Shown: positions 1 to 10,931 of the stretch, piece after piece | How positions within the stretch are numbered: the first letter of the stretch is position 1 | Layout: each line of letters begins with the position of its first letter | Source: Armatimonadota bacterium | GTDB lineage: Bacteria; Armatimonadota; SYMT01 | Direction: 5' to 3' | Length of the DNA stretch: 64,000 nt | NCBI GenBank assembly: GCA_041690135.1 | Contig: JAWLHY010000012.1 | Location: forward strand, 64,001-128,000 | The notes under the pieces: model-generated | The model's database searches: none | What the model saw: the letters and a program-made list of their open reading frames with translations, nothing else | What the model was told of the DNA's origin: nothing | Position numbers and translations under genes: made by a program

Positions 1-418
1 TGATCCCCCGGAGGAGGCTTTCCGCGGTCGTACCGGCCTGGGGGCGGCTGGAGGCGGTTACCAGCGCCACACCGCCGGGGCTCCCGGCCGCCGGGGCGAG
101 GATCCCGGCCAGGCGGTTCTGCTGGACTTTACGCTCCAACTCCGCCTCGGTGCCCTCCACCAATTTCACCTGCGGCTCCGTGCCGGTGGAGAGGCGCTGC
201 ACTTCCTGGTAGACCGGGTTGCTCCGGTCCAGTTGCGGGGAAACACCGATCTCCAGCGCCGCGCCGGAGTTGCTCAGCAGGCCGAAGGCGATCACGAAGA
301 CTAGCGGGAAGATCAGGCTGAAGAAGTATCCGGCCTTATTGCGGAAGGTGGCCCGGAGCGCATAGCGGGTCAGCCCCGCGCCGATCCGGAACTGGGATGC
401 TTGCGGACTACTCTTCAC
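1..418 (-). CDS. ABC-2 type transporter permease (partial, runs off window start)
   Basis: Manual translation from GTG at 418: ...RATFRNKAGYFFSLIFPLVFVIAFGLL, the typical ABC-2 permease first TM segment. Overlaps the stop of the upstream ATPase. Confidence 0.8.
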   Translation of the reverse strand, partial: MKSSPQASQFRIGAGLTRYALRATFRNKAGYFFSLIFPLVFVIAFGLLSNSGAALEIGVSPQLDRSNPVYQEVQRLSTGTEPQVKLVEGTEAELERKVQQNRLAGILAPAAGSPGGVALVTASSRPQAGTTAESLLRGI

Positions 419-1163
419 GAAGCTGCCTCCCCGTCAAGTTCAGGAACACGTCTTCCAGCGTGGCCGGCCGCACTTCCACCGGCCGCTGGAACCCGGACCG
501 CACCAGGTCGTCGATCATCGCCGCGGGCGAACCCTCCGCGATGATCCGCCCGCGGTCCATAATCGCCAGCCGGCCGCAAAGCTGCTCCGCCTCATCCATG
601 TAGTGGGTCGTCAGCACGACCGTTACCCCTTCCCGGTTGATCTCCCGGATCACGTCCCAGAGGTTGATGCGCGCCTGGGGGTCCAGGCCCGTCGTCGGCT
701 CGTCGAGGAACACCACCCGCGGCCGGTTCACCAGGGTGGTCGCCAGGCTGAACCGCTGCTGCTGTCCGCCGGACAGCTTGCGGTAGGGGACTTTCGCCTT
801 ATCGGCGAGCCCGAACTTCTCCAACAGCGGCAGCGGCTCCACGTCGATGCCGTAGAGCACCCCGAAGAGCCCCAGCAGCTCCTGCAGGCTGAGGTACGGA
901 TAGAACCCCGCCGCCTGGAGCTGGATGCCGATCCGCTGCTTGATCTGCTGTGGATGCTTCGCAACCTCGAGCCCATCGATCGTCACGCGGCCGGAGGTGG
1001 CCGGTTTGAGCGTCTCCAGGATCTCCAGCGTGGTCGTCTTCCCCGCCCCGTTCGGCCCCAGCAGGCCGAAAATCTCTCCCTCCTCGACGCGGAACGAGAT
1101 CCCGTCCACCGCAGTAGTCTCCTCGTAACGCTTCACCAGGTTTTCGACTTCGATAATCGCCAT
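408..1163 (-). CDS. ABC transporter ATP-binding protein (DrrA/CcmA-like)
   Basis: Walker A GPNGAGKT, signature LSGGQQQR, Walker B VFLDEPTTGLD, and TTHYMDEAE. Confidence 0.95.
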   Translation of the reverse strand: MAIIEVENLVKRYEETTAVDGISFRVEEGEIFGLLGPNGAGKTTTLEILETLKPATSGRVTIDGLEVAKHPQQIKQRIGIQLQAAGFYPYLSLQELLGLFGVLYGIDVEPLPLLEKFGLADKAKVPYRKLSGGQQQRFSLATTLVNRPRVVFLDEPTTGLDPQARINLWDVIREINREGVTVVLTTHYMDEAEQLCGRLAIMDRGRIIAEGSPAAMIDDLVRSGFQRPVEVRPATLEDVFLNLTGRQLREE

Positions 1164-1285
1164 TCACTCACCACACCCAGGGGAACGCACCGGTCCGGCG
1201 GGCCGAGGCTTCCGGGCTGCTTGCCGCAGCATCCTACCAGATTACGCAATTGAGGCCGAGTCCCTCTCACGGAATGGACCAACAT

Positions 1286-1376
1286 GAGGATGAGGACCGG
1301 GGAAGATAAGGACCGGGGAAGATAAGGATAAGGATCTTCGGAGGATAAGGATGGGCGGTGGATAAGGATAAGGAAG
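1286..1376 (+). repeat. Purine-rich low-complexity repeat (GGATAA / GGACCGGGGAAGATAA units)
   Basis: Directly visible tandem units. Confidence 0.7.
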
Positions 1377-1542
1377 TGGCGGGGGCGTGATCGGGTGTCG
1401 TTGGAGGAGAGCTGCTATTCGGCACGGGAAGGGGCGGGGGGGGAACGGTCGTACACCCGGCGGAGTTAAGGCCGTCCGTTCCTCACGTCATGGATCCGAG
1501 CCGGTCAGCCAACCGTGAAGCCGATTTGGATTTCGGGTGGTG

Positions 1543-1584
1543 CCTTCATCCTTCATCCTTCATCCTTCATCCTTCATCCTTCAA
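1543..1584 (+). repeat. Heptamer tandem repeat (CCTTCAT)x5 plus one variant copy
   Basis: Directly visible. Confidence 0.95.
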
Positions 1585-1927
1585 CAGGGCCACCCCTTCC
1601 CCACAACACGAATTCGCACCCGTCGGCCTACCATGCGGCCGGTGTGGTCTCACGTAGGGGAATGGTCGCTGTCCCTTCCCCACAATTTGAACGCGAACCC
1701 GTCCGCCAACCGTGCAGCAGGCAATGGACACCATGCCCCAACGCCGCTGCCGAACACGGGTGACTCCTGCCCGCAAACCGTAATGCAAGACAGGCGCGTC
1801 AACATGACAGGGTGGGCGACGGCGAGACCCACCCTACCCACACCCCCACCGGGCTGCGTCCTCGCAGCCGGCATCCCTGCGCCTTCCGGGATCAAAGCAC
1901 CGGGGGGGACATCAACGAACAAGACCC

Positions 1928-2545
1928 ATGAACCCTCTCCGAAAACTCCTGACGCCTTCCGTTACCGACCGCCTGATGGAACGGGATCTTCCCTCCCCGG
2001 ACTGGCCGGTGACCGAGGACGGAACCTATGCCGTGGTGCGGCTGGAGCTCGGCTGGGGCGAAATGGCGCTCACGCCGGAAGCGATCGAGCGGGCACGCGC
2101 GGTCCATAACCGCCTGGCGGAGCACCTGCTGGAACACGGCTGGAATTGGGACGCGCTGCTCGGCTCCTATCTCCTATTCCGGTGCGAGCCCTTCGGGCAG
2201 GCCTGCAGCGCACCGGAGGCGGTTTTGACCGCCCGCGCGGCGCTGCACGCCCTCCGTGTCGGACCGGAACCTGCCTCCCCGCGGGAAGCGACCGCCGCCG
2301 TGGGGATCGCCACCGGCCCCGTGGTTTTCGGCGAATGGGGCAGTCAGAGCCGGGTGTGCAGTGCAGTCCTCGGCCCCACCGTGGACCGCGCCCTCAGCCT
2401 GGCGCAAGAAGCCCGGCCGGGAGAGATCGCCCTCGACGAAACTACCTACCGGGCGCTGGGTGATCCGAACCGCTACCCCTGGGAGGAACTCACCTTCACC
2501 CGGCGCGAGCCCTCACGGGGCGGGTTCTGGCTGTTATCCGAGTAA
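1928..2545 (+). CDS. Class III adenylate/guanylate cyclase-fold protein, probably catalytically degenerate
   Basis: C-terminal motifs VGIATGPVVFGEWG, VLGPTVDRALSL and ARPGEIALDETTY. The metal-binding Asp motifs are not evident. Confidence 0.7.
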   Translation: MNPLRKLLTPSVTDRLMERDLPSPDWPVTEDGTYAVVRLELGWGEMALTPEAIERARAVHNRLAEHLLEHGWNWDALLGSYLLFRCEPFGQACSAPEAVLTARAALHALRVGPEPASPREATAAVGIATGPVVFGEWGSQSRVCSAVLGPTVDRALSLAQEARPGEIALDETTYRALGDPNRYPWEELTFTRREPSRGGFWLLSE

Positions 2546-2569
2546 CAGTACCTGCTGATTACCTGGTGC

Positions 2570-2604
2570 AACCGGACCGGCAATGGATCACGGCCGGTCC
2601 GGTT
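2570..2604 (+). terminator. Hairpin downstream of the cyclase-like gene (possible terminator)
   Basis: Perfect 12-bp inverted repeat AACCGGACCGGC / GCCGGTCCGGTT. Confidence 0.5.
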
Positions 2605-3087
2605 ACGTACTACGCAACACGCAATAGGAACCCGCAGTCACCAGCGCCAAACCGCATGAGCTCCCGCCCCAGACCTCACGCATCACACCTAGCCAAGCCG
2701 GCGTAGCCGGAACCCAAGAGGAAGGCGGCGTCATCCATACGGACTTGCAGATGCGAGGGAGCCATAGCGACTGCGAGTTTACCCGGCGAAGCTAGGGCAA
2801 TCCCCCTGCTCTCCGCACCGCCGCCTTCGCCCCCGTTCGCCCGCTTTGCAGAATTCGCCGCGGAACTCCGGGGCCGGAGGGCGACGTACGGGGATCAAGC
2901 CTCCCTGCGCTCACCAGGGCGATTGCCACGCCCCGCAGAGGACGGACCTCGCATCTGGGTGCGACTTGAACCAAAGCACCGCAGACGTGGCTAGCGGCGG
3001 CTTGGTCGGGGCTCGCAATGACGCGCGCTACTTTTCCGAAACGACACCAACCGTGGTCGTTTTGCGCAGAGGTGCACTGGTAAGAAA

Positions 3088-4359
3088 CTAGTGCGCCGGT
3101 GCGGCGGTCCCCACTTCCACCGGGTTCTCTTTCGGCGGGTGGAAGAACAGGGCGAGCAGCACCGCGGCCGCCAGCGCCATCCCCGCCGGGACCAGGAAGA
3201 GGGACTGGTAGTCCGTCTGGCCCGCCTGGATGTAGTGGCCCTGGAGCGGCACGAAGACCCACTTGGCCGCCAGGTCGCCGATGCCCAGGATCAGCAGGTT
3301 GAACAGCCCCTGCGCGCTGGTGCGGATGTCCTTCGGGAAGACGGCGTCGATGTAGATGTAGAGGGTGGCGAAGAAGAAGGCGTAGCAGATGCCGTGGAGC
3401 ACCTGGACCGCCACGATTACCGGCACGCTGTTGCTCATGAAGGCGAACACCGCGAACCGGGCCGCGTGGCCCAGGATCCCGATGGTCATCGTCACCTTCC
3501 AGCCCAGCCGCTTCAGCACCAGCCCCAGCGCCGCCATGGTGGCGATCTCGGCGACCTGCCCGATGCTCATCACCGGCATGATGTTCTCCGGCTGGATCCC
3601 GATGTCGCCCAGGAACTTGCCCGCCATCACGAAGTAGCCGTTGTGGATGGTGGAGTCGACGAAGGTCACCAGGAACAGCACCAGGATGTACGGCGCCGCC
3701 AGCAGCCGGAAGGCCTTGAGCCAGGCCAGGCGCTCCTCCCCTTCCACCGCGGGACGCGGCGGAGTGTGCGGTAGGGTGAGGCTGAACCCGGCCAGCACCA
3801 GGGAGGCGATCCCGCCCACCACGAAGATGAAGCTCTGCGCCTGGATCAGGGCGTCGCCGCTCGCGCCCTTCAGGATGAAGTAGAGCGGCCACGAGGCCAG
3901 GATCCAGCCGATGGTGCCGCCCATGCGGACGATCCCGAACTCGCGCTGGGCATCCTTCAGGTTGGCGAAGGCCAGGGAGTTGGAGACGGAGATCGTGGGG
4001 ACGTAGACCAGCGAGTGGACCAGCATCAGCGCGAAGAACGGCACGAAGCTCCGCGTGAAGTAGAGCCCCAGAAGCGCCAGGCCGCCGATGAGGTGACTGG
4101 CCGCCATGAACCGCTCCGCCGAGAAGTTGCGATCCGCGAATTGGTTGCTGAAGAAGATGGCCACGATGGAGGCGATGGCGAACGCGCTTCCCACCAGGGC
4201 CTGCTGCCCTTCACTGAAGCCGATGTTGCCCATGTAGGGAAACACCAGGGGCAGCCAGGCGCCCCAGATGAAGAACTCCAGGACCATCATCACGAAGAGA
4301 CGGAAAGGGGCGTCGGTCCGGGAGCCGGATCCGCCGTTGGGAAGGGCATCTGCGCTCAT
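3088..4359 (-). CDS. MFS nucleoside:H+ symporter family (NupG/YegT-like) transporter
   Basis: MMVLEFFIWGAW, FADRNFSAER, RMGGTIGWI, MSIGQVAE and LHGICYAFFF motifs, with ~12 hydrophobic segments. Confidence 0.9.
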   Translation of the reverse strand: MSADALPNGGSGSRTDAPFRLFVMMVLEFFIWGAWLPLVFPYMGNIGFSEGQQALVGSAFAIASIVAIFFSNQFADRNFSAERFMAASHLIGGLALLGLYFTRSFVPFFALMLVHSLVYVPTISVSNSLAFANLKDAQREFGIVRMGGTIGWILASWPLYFILKGASGDALIQAQSFIFVVGGIASLVLAGFSLTLPHTPPRPAVEGEERLAWLKAFRLLAAPYILVLFLVTFVDSTIHNGYFVMAGKFLGDIGIQPENIMPVMSIGQVAEIATMAALGLVLKRLGWKVTMTIGILGHAARFAVFAFMSNSVPVIVAVQVLHGICYAFFFATLYIYIDAVFPKDIRTSAQGLFNLLILGIGDLAAKWVFVPLQGHYIQAGQTDYQSLFLVPAGMALAAAVLLALFFHPPKENPVEVGTAAPAH

Positions 4360-4461
4360 AGGGGCTTTCTGCACTCGAATACGAGGGTAAAGGAGACGGA
4401 TTTGCTACCACCGCAGGTTCGCTAACGGACCATACCATTCCTACTTTCCACCCCGGCACCC

Positions 4462-5772
4462 TCAAAGGGCAGGACGCGCGGCGGCGAAACCCGGGCGGGT
4501 CTCCTCCAGGATTTCGCGGAGCGCCTGCCGGTCCGCCGGACGGAGGTGGTGGAATTCGGGGGAGGTGTCCCTTCCCAGCAGCACTTCCCAGAGACGACGG
4601 TAGACGTGCTGCTTCGCGAGATCCGGGAGCGCGTCGAACTGGGCGGAGTGGATGAGATAGCTGCACGGGTAGCGCAGGAGCCGCGTGCGGAGATCGAGAT
4701 CCCGGAGCGAGCGTCCCCGGCGGTCGCGCGGCCCCGCCGCCGGGAACTCGCCGGCGAAACGGGAAGTCCCCTGCACCGGATTGGCGAGCGGCGCCTCGCC
4801 CACGAAGAGGAGGGCGCGGACCAGGGGCTCCGTGGCGCTCTTCACGCGGCGATGGGTGCTCTCCAGGTGCCCGCCGGCCGGCTTGTCGAGCGCCTCGCCC
4901 ACGCCTTCTTCATAATGGAGCGCCATCCGCGCCTCATAGCCGGCGCGGATCATCAGGTTGTGGAGGTGCGACTGGTGCTGGAGCAGCATCAGAGCGACCA
5001 GGTCCGAGTGGGGCGTGGGGTACGGCTGCGGGTCGAAGTAGCGGTCGAGTCGCGTTACATTCGCTCCCACTTCTAAATCTGGCGCGTCGATCTGTTCCAC
5101 GTTCCGGGCCACCGCGCCCAGATTCCCCAGGTGGCGGATCTTGCCGTGCGTGCCGGAAACGTACCAGCCGCCCCAGCGCTCCTCCCACGGGCTCGCGTCG
5201 GTGGTGTTGTAGTTCCGGTTAAAGAAATGGGGCTGCCCGGTAGGGTCGGTGAAGATCGACCGCACGATCAGTCCCGGAACCTGTCCGGTACGAGCAGCCG
5301 TGTGACACTGGAGGCACTCGCCGTTCTTGCGGACGAAGCGCGGCCGCGAGTCCGACTGGTCGAGCACATAGAAAACCGTGCCCAGGCGCGCATCTACGGA
5401 TGCCAGCTCCAACACCGGCGCTCGGGGGACCCAACCGACGTACGTCTCGTCGTTGAAATAGAGGGCGCGCGGCGTGCGGGGGGAGATCAGGTCCCGCTGC
5501 AGGCTGGTTTTCGAGAACACGAGCGTCTGCGAGGAAAGCGGGATCTTCAACTCCCGCAGCACCGCCGGGAGGTAGCCCTTCTCCGGGTCTCGCGCCAGCC
5601 GCACTTCGCCCCGCTCCACCCGCTCCTGCAACCGCGCCACCGCGTCCCCCGCCTGGGAGGTGGAGTAAGCGATCGCGGGATGCTCGCTGTCGTCCAGCGC
5701 TCCCACTACCGGCCCCGTGACCAACAGGGCTACCGTTCCACACAGAAGCAAGCGAGGGGAGTTGGCTGACAT
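4462..5772 (-). CDS. Secreted hypothetical protein with a single CxxCH (Planctomycete/Acidobacteria-type)
   Basis: Signal-peptide-like N-terminus, SQTLVFSKTSLQ..ISPRTPRALYFND, CLQCH, and ERWGGWYVSG. Confidence 0.7.
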   Translation of the reverse strand: MSANSPRLLLCGTVALLVTGPVVGALDDSEHPAIAYSTSQAGDAVARLQERVERGEVRLARDPEKGYLPAVLRELKIPLSSQTLVFSKTSLQRDLISPRTPRALYFNDETYVGWVPRAPVLELASVDARLGTVFYVLDQSDSRPRFVRKNGECLQCHTAARTGQVPGLIVRSIFTDPTGQPHFFNRNYNTTDASPWEERWGGWYVSGTHGKIRHLGNLGAVARNVEQIDAPDLEVGANVTRLDRYFDPQPYPTPHSDLVALMLLQHQSHLHNLMIRAGYEARMALHYEEGVGEALDKPAGGHLESTHRRVKSATEPLVRALLFVGEAPLANPVQGTSRFAGEFPAAGPRDRRGRSLRDLDLRTRLLRYPCSYLIHSAQFDALPDLAKQHVYRRLWEVLLGRDTSPEFHHLRPADRQALREILEETRPGFAAARPAL

Positions 5773-5983
5773 GCGTCCCATTAATACGGTAGCCGCAGAA
5801 TGATCTCGAGCTAAACCTAGAGGTTCCGCAGGAGTACTTGCGCCCCAGCCGAGAGATCTACCACCACCTTGAACGCGGACCGAGCGCCCACGAAGGTTTA
5901 CCCCCGGGCACCCTACGGGTGGCGCTTGCGGATGTGGGTGTGGGCGGCGTGCCTTACCCAAGTCCGGCCGTTCGGGGTCGGGA

Positions 5984-6391
5984 TTAAGAGGAACCGTCCG
6001 GATGAGGACCGTACTGCGCGAGCAAGGTGCGGAGAGCCTCCGGGGTGATTGGTTTCAGCAGATACTGATCGAACCCCGCCTGGTCGGCGCGTTCCCGGTA
6101 CTCGGCATTGCCGTATCCGGTCATGGCCACCACCGGTCGTTGCTCCAGCAAGGGTTGATCCCGGAGGCGTCGGCAGACCTCAAACCCATCCAGGCCGGGC
6201 AGCCCCAGGTCGCAGAGCACGAGGTCGGGTCGAAACTGCGTCGCCACCTGGAGAGCCTCCTCGCCGCTGTGAGCTACCTGCACGGTGTGGCCGTACTCCT
6301 CCAACAGCCACTGGAGAGTTTCTCCCGCATCCCGATAATCATCCACCACCAGAATCCGCATCCCGCGAGAACTCACTAGCTTCGTCTCCAC
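5984..6391 (-). CDS. Single-domain response regulator receiver
   Basis: ILVVDD, DLVLCDLGLPGLDG, AMTGYG, and LLKP. Confidence 0.9.
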   Translation of the reverse strand: METKLVSSRGMRILVVDDYRDAGETLQWLLEEYGHTVQVAHSGEEALQVATQFRPDLVLCDLGLPGLDGFEVCRRLRDQPLLEQRPVVAMTGYGNAEYRERADQAGFDQYLLKPITPEALRTLLAQYGPHPDGSS

Positions 6392-6808
6392 TGCTCCGTT
6401 CCGGCGGTCCCGCGGAGATGCGGGGGAGGCTGGAATTACCTTCTCCCGTTGGGCGGCACCCCGCCGCGGCTCCTCTCTTCTTCACGCATTCTTTATGCGG
6501 GGAACGTTGTGGATCCTAGCAACGGGCATCGAATTACATTCGAAGGCCCCAATTCGCATGGGAGAACACCCCGGTGCCTCTTTGTAAGGCGACATAGAGA
6601 CAATCGTCCGTTCGAGCAGATAATGAGGGGACGATTGTCCCGAAGGATCGGACGTTGCTCTTCTGGGATAGAAGTAAGTCAGTCCCCTTAATGTGCGTGG
6701 TATTGAAAGTGAAAGCGCCGCAAGACTCCGCGTTGATCTTCCCCTCCAGAGGCCGATATTGAAAATAAGCAAGCATCACGGCGGCCTTTCCGTTCCTCGT
6801 CTCTTCGA

Positions 6809-9769
6809 ATGCCTCCCGATACGCCCATCAGCGATTCCCTAGCCACTCCGGACCTTGCGTCCGCCGACCCCTCCCCGGGTACCGGGCAAGAAGCAGCTCC
6901 CTGGCTGCAGACGGAGGCCTCTCCGGCGTCCATACCCGGTTTCCCTGATGTCCGGCTGCCAGTGTTCCTGGATGGTACGGGGCGCCACTGCCAGATCCTG
7001 CTTGACCTGGAAGGCCACATCGTCACCTGGAACCCGGAAGCTCGGCGCCTGTACGGCTATTCCCACGAAGAAATCCGGGGGAGTCATGTCTCGCGCCTCT
7101 GCCCGGAAGGTCAGGATGCCCCTCAGCATCTCGAAACGCTCTTCGGGCGCGCCGCTGCCCAGGGACGGAGTGAAGAGGAAACGTGGCAAATCCGCAAAGA
7201 CAGCACGCGCTTCCGGGCGACCCAGGTGTTCACCGCACTTCAGGGGCCGGATCGCGCGCTCCGTGGCTACGCGCTTTCGGTTCTGGACCTGACGCGAAAG
7301 TCCCGCGCAGGCGAGCGTCTCCGGCGCGTCTCCCGCGCAGCCCATGCGCTCTTCTGGGAAGCGCTGGTGGAAGACCGCGGCGGCGAACGCCTCCACTGGC
7401 AACTTTCGATCGCCGACGAACAGGAAGCGCAGCAATTCCTCCCGCTGGAGGTGCCTGACGGATGGTCCTACGCCAAGGCATGGTTCTTTTCTCGGCTCGA
7501 CCCAGACCGCGACCTCAGCGACCTGTACGGCACCGCTCGAATTCGCGCGGGAGAGAGCTATAGCCAGGAGTTCCGCTGCCGCCGTAAGGATGGCGAAGTC
7601 CGCTGGTTGCACGAGGAAGTGGAGATCGAGGCCCTGGGTCCCGGCGTCTGGCGGGCCGTCGGGGTCTGTCTGGATGTCACGGAGCGGAAGGCTGCGGAGG
7701 CGGCCTTAGAAGAGCGAGAACGGCGGCTGGAGCAGGTGCTTTCGGGAGCCGGGTGCCTGCTGTGGGAAGGAATGGTCCTCCGGCAGGGCGAGCGACTGGA
7801 ATGGCATCTCCGGATGTGCCATCCGGAGGCCGCGCAGCGATTCCTGCCGCTGGAGACCGGAGCGGGGCGGACGTACGAGCAGGCGCTCCACCAGAGCAAG
7901 CCGGAGGAGGACCGGCGGCGAACCGCACGCGTGGCGGAGACGGCGGTTCGCACGGGTGCGCCGGGATACCAGCAGGAATTCCGATGCGTACAGCGGGACG
8001 GCCGCGTCCGCTGGCTCTGGGAGGACGTGCGGATCGAACCCGCGGGTCCGGACACCTGGCGCCTCGTGGGAGTTAGCCTCGACATAACGGGACGCAAGCG
8101 AGCCGAAGAACGCGACGCCGCTTTTCTCCGTCTGGGAGAACGGCTCAACGGCGCCGTCTCCTCGGAGGAGGCGGCACGGACGGTCCTGGAGATCGCCGAC
8201 GAGCTCCTGGGCTGGAATGCCTGCTGGCTCGCGCTCCGACACCCGGAAGAGGACCTGCTGCGGTTCACCCTTCTGATGGATGAAGTGGAAGGTCGACGCA
8301 CGGAATTGCCCAGCCCCGGACCGGTGCTTCCCTTCTCCCCCCTCGCGGAGCGCGCCTTGCGAGAGGGCGCATTCCGCTATGAGCGGGACCCCGAGGAGCC
8401 GATCCCGGTGGAGCGCCGCTTCGGAGACGTGAAACGCGCCACCCGCTCGGTGCTGGTGGTGCCGATCCGCCACCGGGAGAGCGTATTGGGAGTGCTCTCC
8501 ATCCAGAGCTACACCCCAGGCGCCTATGACGCGAACGACCTGCGCACGCTCCAGGCACTGGCCGACTACTGCGCTTCCGCCCTGGAACGCACCCGGGCGG
8601 AAGCGGCGCGGGTGCGCCTCGAGGAGGAACTGCGGCAGTCCCAGAAGATGGAGGCGGTGGGCCGTCTCGCCGGAGGCGTGGCGCACGACTTCAACAACAT
8701 GCTCGCCGTGATCAACGGCTACAGCGCGCTCCTGCTCCAGAGCCTCTCTCCGGAAAGCCCGCTCCACGAATCCCTCTCCCAGATCAACCAGGCAGGAGAG
8801 CGGGCCGCGGGGTTGACGCGCCAGTTGCTCGCCTTCAGCCGCAAACAGATGATGCGTCCCCGCTCGGTGGACATCTGCGAGTTGCTGGAGAATCTCCAGC
8901 GCATGCTGCAGCGGCTGATCGGCGAGGACATCGAACTGGTCCTCGAATGCCCGGCCAGGTTGGGGCATATCCACGCGGACCCCGGCCAGGTGGAGCAGGT
9001 ACTGATGAACTTGGCCGTGAACAGCCGGGATGCCATGCCCGAAGGAGGCGAGCTGCGCCTGCGGGCCGAGGCCGTGCAACTGCAGGCCGGGGCTCTCCCG
9101 GAAGCGCCGCATTTATCTCCAGGAGAGTACGTCTGTCTCACCGTTACGGACACGGGGTTCGGCATCGCCCCGAACACCCTGGCGCGTATCTGGGAGCCGT
9201 TCTTCACCACCAAGGAGGCGGGCAAAGGAACGGGGCTCGGCCTGGCCACGGTTTACGGCATCATCCAGCAATCCGGGGGAGCGATCACCGTGCGGAGCGA
9301 GGTAGGAAAAGGGACCGAGTTCCGAGTCTACTTCCCGCGAGGGGAGGCGGAAGAGACCCGTGCAACCGTGGAACCGCTGGCCGAACTGCGTGGGACCGAA
9401 ACCATCCTGGTGGTGGAAGACGAGGAGCAGGTGCGCCGCCTGATGGTCCACACGCTGCGTTCGTTCGGTTACCAGGTGCTGGAAGCCGCCAGTGGCGCGC
9501 AAGCGCTCTCCATGGCGGCTTCCCGGGAGAACGCACCGCTCGACCTGCTGCTCACCGACGTGGTGATGCCGGGAGGCCTCAACGGACGGGAACTGGCTGA
9601 CTCCCTGCGGGACATGCGCCCCGGCCTGCGGATCTTGCACATGAGCGGCTACACCGACGATGAGGTGATGCGTCGCGGCATTTTTGAAGGCGAGACGCCG
9701 TTCATCCAGAAGCCGTTCCTGCCGCTGGCGCTCCTCAAAAAGGTCCGGGAGGTGCTCGGACGGACATAA
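6809..9769 (+). CDS. Hybrid sensor histidine kinase (PAS x3-GAF-HisKA-HATPase-REC)
   Basis: H-box [13 protein letters not shown]-box [23 protein letters not shown], and a C-terminal receiver (LLLTDVVMP). Confidence 0.95.
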   Translation: MPPDTPISDSLATPDLASADPSPGTGQEAAPWLQTEASPASIPGFPDVRLPVFLDGTGRHCQILLDLEGHIVTWNPEARRLYGYSHEEIRGSHVSRLCPEGQDAPQHLETLFGRAAAQGRSEEETWQIRKDSTRFRATQVFTALQGPDRALRGYALSVLDLTRKSRAGERLRRVSRAAHALFWEALVEDRGGERLHWQLSIADEQEAQQFLPLEVPDGWSYAKAWFFSRLDPDRDLSDLYGTARIRAGESYSQEFRCRRKDGEVRWLHEEVEIEALGPGVWRAVGVCLDVTERKAAEAALEERERRLEQVLSGAGCLLWEGMVLRQGERLEWHLRMCHPEAAQRFLPLETGAGRTYEQALHQSKPEEDRRRTARVAETAVRTGAPGYQQEFRCVQRDGRVRWLWEDVRIEPAGPDTWRLVGVSLDITGRKRAEERDAAFLRLGERLNGAVSSEEAARTVLEIADELLGWNACWLALRHPEEDLLRFTLLMDEVEGRRTELPSPGPVLPFSPLAERALREGAFRYERDPEEPIPVERRFGDVKRATRSVLVVPIRHRESVLGVLSIQSYTPGAYDANDLRTLQALADYCASALERTRAEAARVRLEEELRQSQKMEAVGRLAGGVAHDFNNMLAVINGYSALLLQSLSPESPLHESLSQINQAGERAAGLTRQLLAFSRKQMMRPRSVDICELLENLQRMLQRLIGEDIELVLECPARLGHIHADPGQVEQVLMNLAVNSRDAMPEGGELRLRAEAVQLQAGALPEAPHLSPGEYVCLTVTDTGFGIAPNTLARIWEPFFTTKEAGKGTGLGLATVYGIIQQSGGAITVRSEVGKGTEFRVYFPRGEAEETRATVEPLAELRGTETILVVEDEEQVRRLMVHTLRSFGYQVLEAASGAQALSMAASRENAPLDLLLTDVVMPGGLNGRELADSLRDMRPGLRILHMSGYTDDEVMRRGIFEGETPFIQKPFLPLALLKKVREVLGRT

Positions 9770-9803
9770 GAACGGGACCCCGAGAGCATTCGCGGTCCCG
9801 TTC
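9770..9803. terminator. Hairpin between convergent genes
   Basis: GAACGGGACC / GGTCCCGTTC 10-bp stem right after the kinase stop codon. Confidence 0.6.
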
Positions 9804-9851
9804 CTCTGGCCATGGTTCAACCGGCCTGACCGGAACTCTTAAGCCGGCAGC

Positions 9852-10787
9852 TTACCGGTCACCGCCGGGACCGCCGCTCCCGGGCCGTCCGCCGGGGCCA
9901 CCCGGGCCACCGAAACCGCGAGGACCGCCGAAGCCGCCGCGACCTCCCGGACCACCGGGGCCATCGGGGCCGCCCGGGCCGCCGAAGCGCATCTGCGGGA
10001 AGGTGAACGGCGCGCCCTGCATGGCCTGGAACTGCTTCTTCTGGGCCTCCGTCAAGACGCTGCTCAGTTGCTTCTCGGTGTTGCCGCGCACCTGTTCCAG
10101 CTTCTGCCGGCCCGCCTCGAAGCCGCCCTGTTCTCCGCGTCCGCCCTCGAACGCCGCGCGCATCGCCTCTCGCTCCGCTTCCATCGCCGTCCGGACTTTC
10201 TCCCGCTGCGTCTCCGAAAGCTTCAGCTCACCCGCCACGTCTTTCCGGCCCAGCGCCCGGAACCCGGCCCGCTGGAGCTGGAGCTCCCGGTAGCGGGCAA
10301 GCTGCTGGCTATCCAGGATGCCGGCAAGCTTCTTCTCCACGTCCTGACCCGGACCCTCGGGACCACCCGCCCGGCCCGGCCGCTGCCCTTCCCCCGGACC
10401 TCGCCCACCAGGGCCACCCGGCGCGCCCGCTCCAGCGCCCCGCGGCCCCCGAGGGCCGCCCGGTCCTTCCGGTCCGCCGGGGCCTCCGAAGCCCGGTCCA
10501 CCCGGACCCCGCCGGCCCGGCATCAGCTCCTGCAGGCTGGCGATCTGCTTCTCCTGAAGCTTTAGCTCCTTCTGCACCTCCGGCAGCATCAAGAGACCGG
10601 CGGGGCCACCCGGGCCACCGCCCCGCGCGAACCCGGGACCACCAGGCCCTCCCGGACCGCCGGGACCTCCGAAACCTCCGGGCCGTCCGGGCCGACCCTG
10701 GCCCCCCGGGCCTCCGGGACCCTGGGCAAGCGCCGGCACGGCAAGAACGAGAGCGAGTGCACTGATCTGGATGGCTCGACGGTTCAT
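9852..10787 (-). CDS. Secreted Gly/Pro-rich protein with Spy/CpxP-like helical repeats
   Basis: Signal peptide (ALVLAVPALAQ), GPGG repeats, and VQKELKL / VAGELKLSETQ / VLTEAQKKQF motifs. Confidence 0.75.
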   Translation of the reverse strand: MNRRAIQISALALVLAVPALAQGPGGPGGQGRPGRPGGFGGPGGPGGPGGPGFARGGGPGGPAGLLMLPEVQKELKLQEKQIASLQELMPGRRGPGGPGFGGPGGPEGPGGPRGPRGAGAGAPGGPGGRGPGEGQRPGRAGGPEGPGQDVEKKLAGILDSQQLARYRELQLQRAGFRALGRKDVAGELKLSETQREKVRTAMEAEREAMRAAFEGGRGEQGGFEAGRQKLEQVRGNTEKQLSSVLTEAQKKQFQAMQGAPFTFPQMRFGGPGGPDGPGGPGGRGGFGGPRGFGGPGGPGGRPGSGGPGGDR

Positions 10788-10931
10788 GGAAATCTCCTCC
10801 GCGACGGGAAAGGCGGTGATCACAAGAGCGTCCGCCGTTTCCCCCACGGCGCTCCGCTCCGGTTGCGTCTTCTGATTCCCTAGACGATCCGCTTATGAAG
10901 AAGAAATGAACCTCGGCAGAGCACTCCCAGC

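Noticed and set aside
9852-10787. Collagen-like protein
   Set aside because: The GPGG repeats are not a sustained Gly-X-Y register. It is better explained as low-complexity tails around Spy-like helices.
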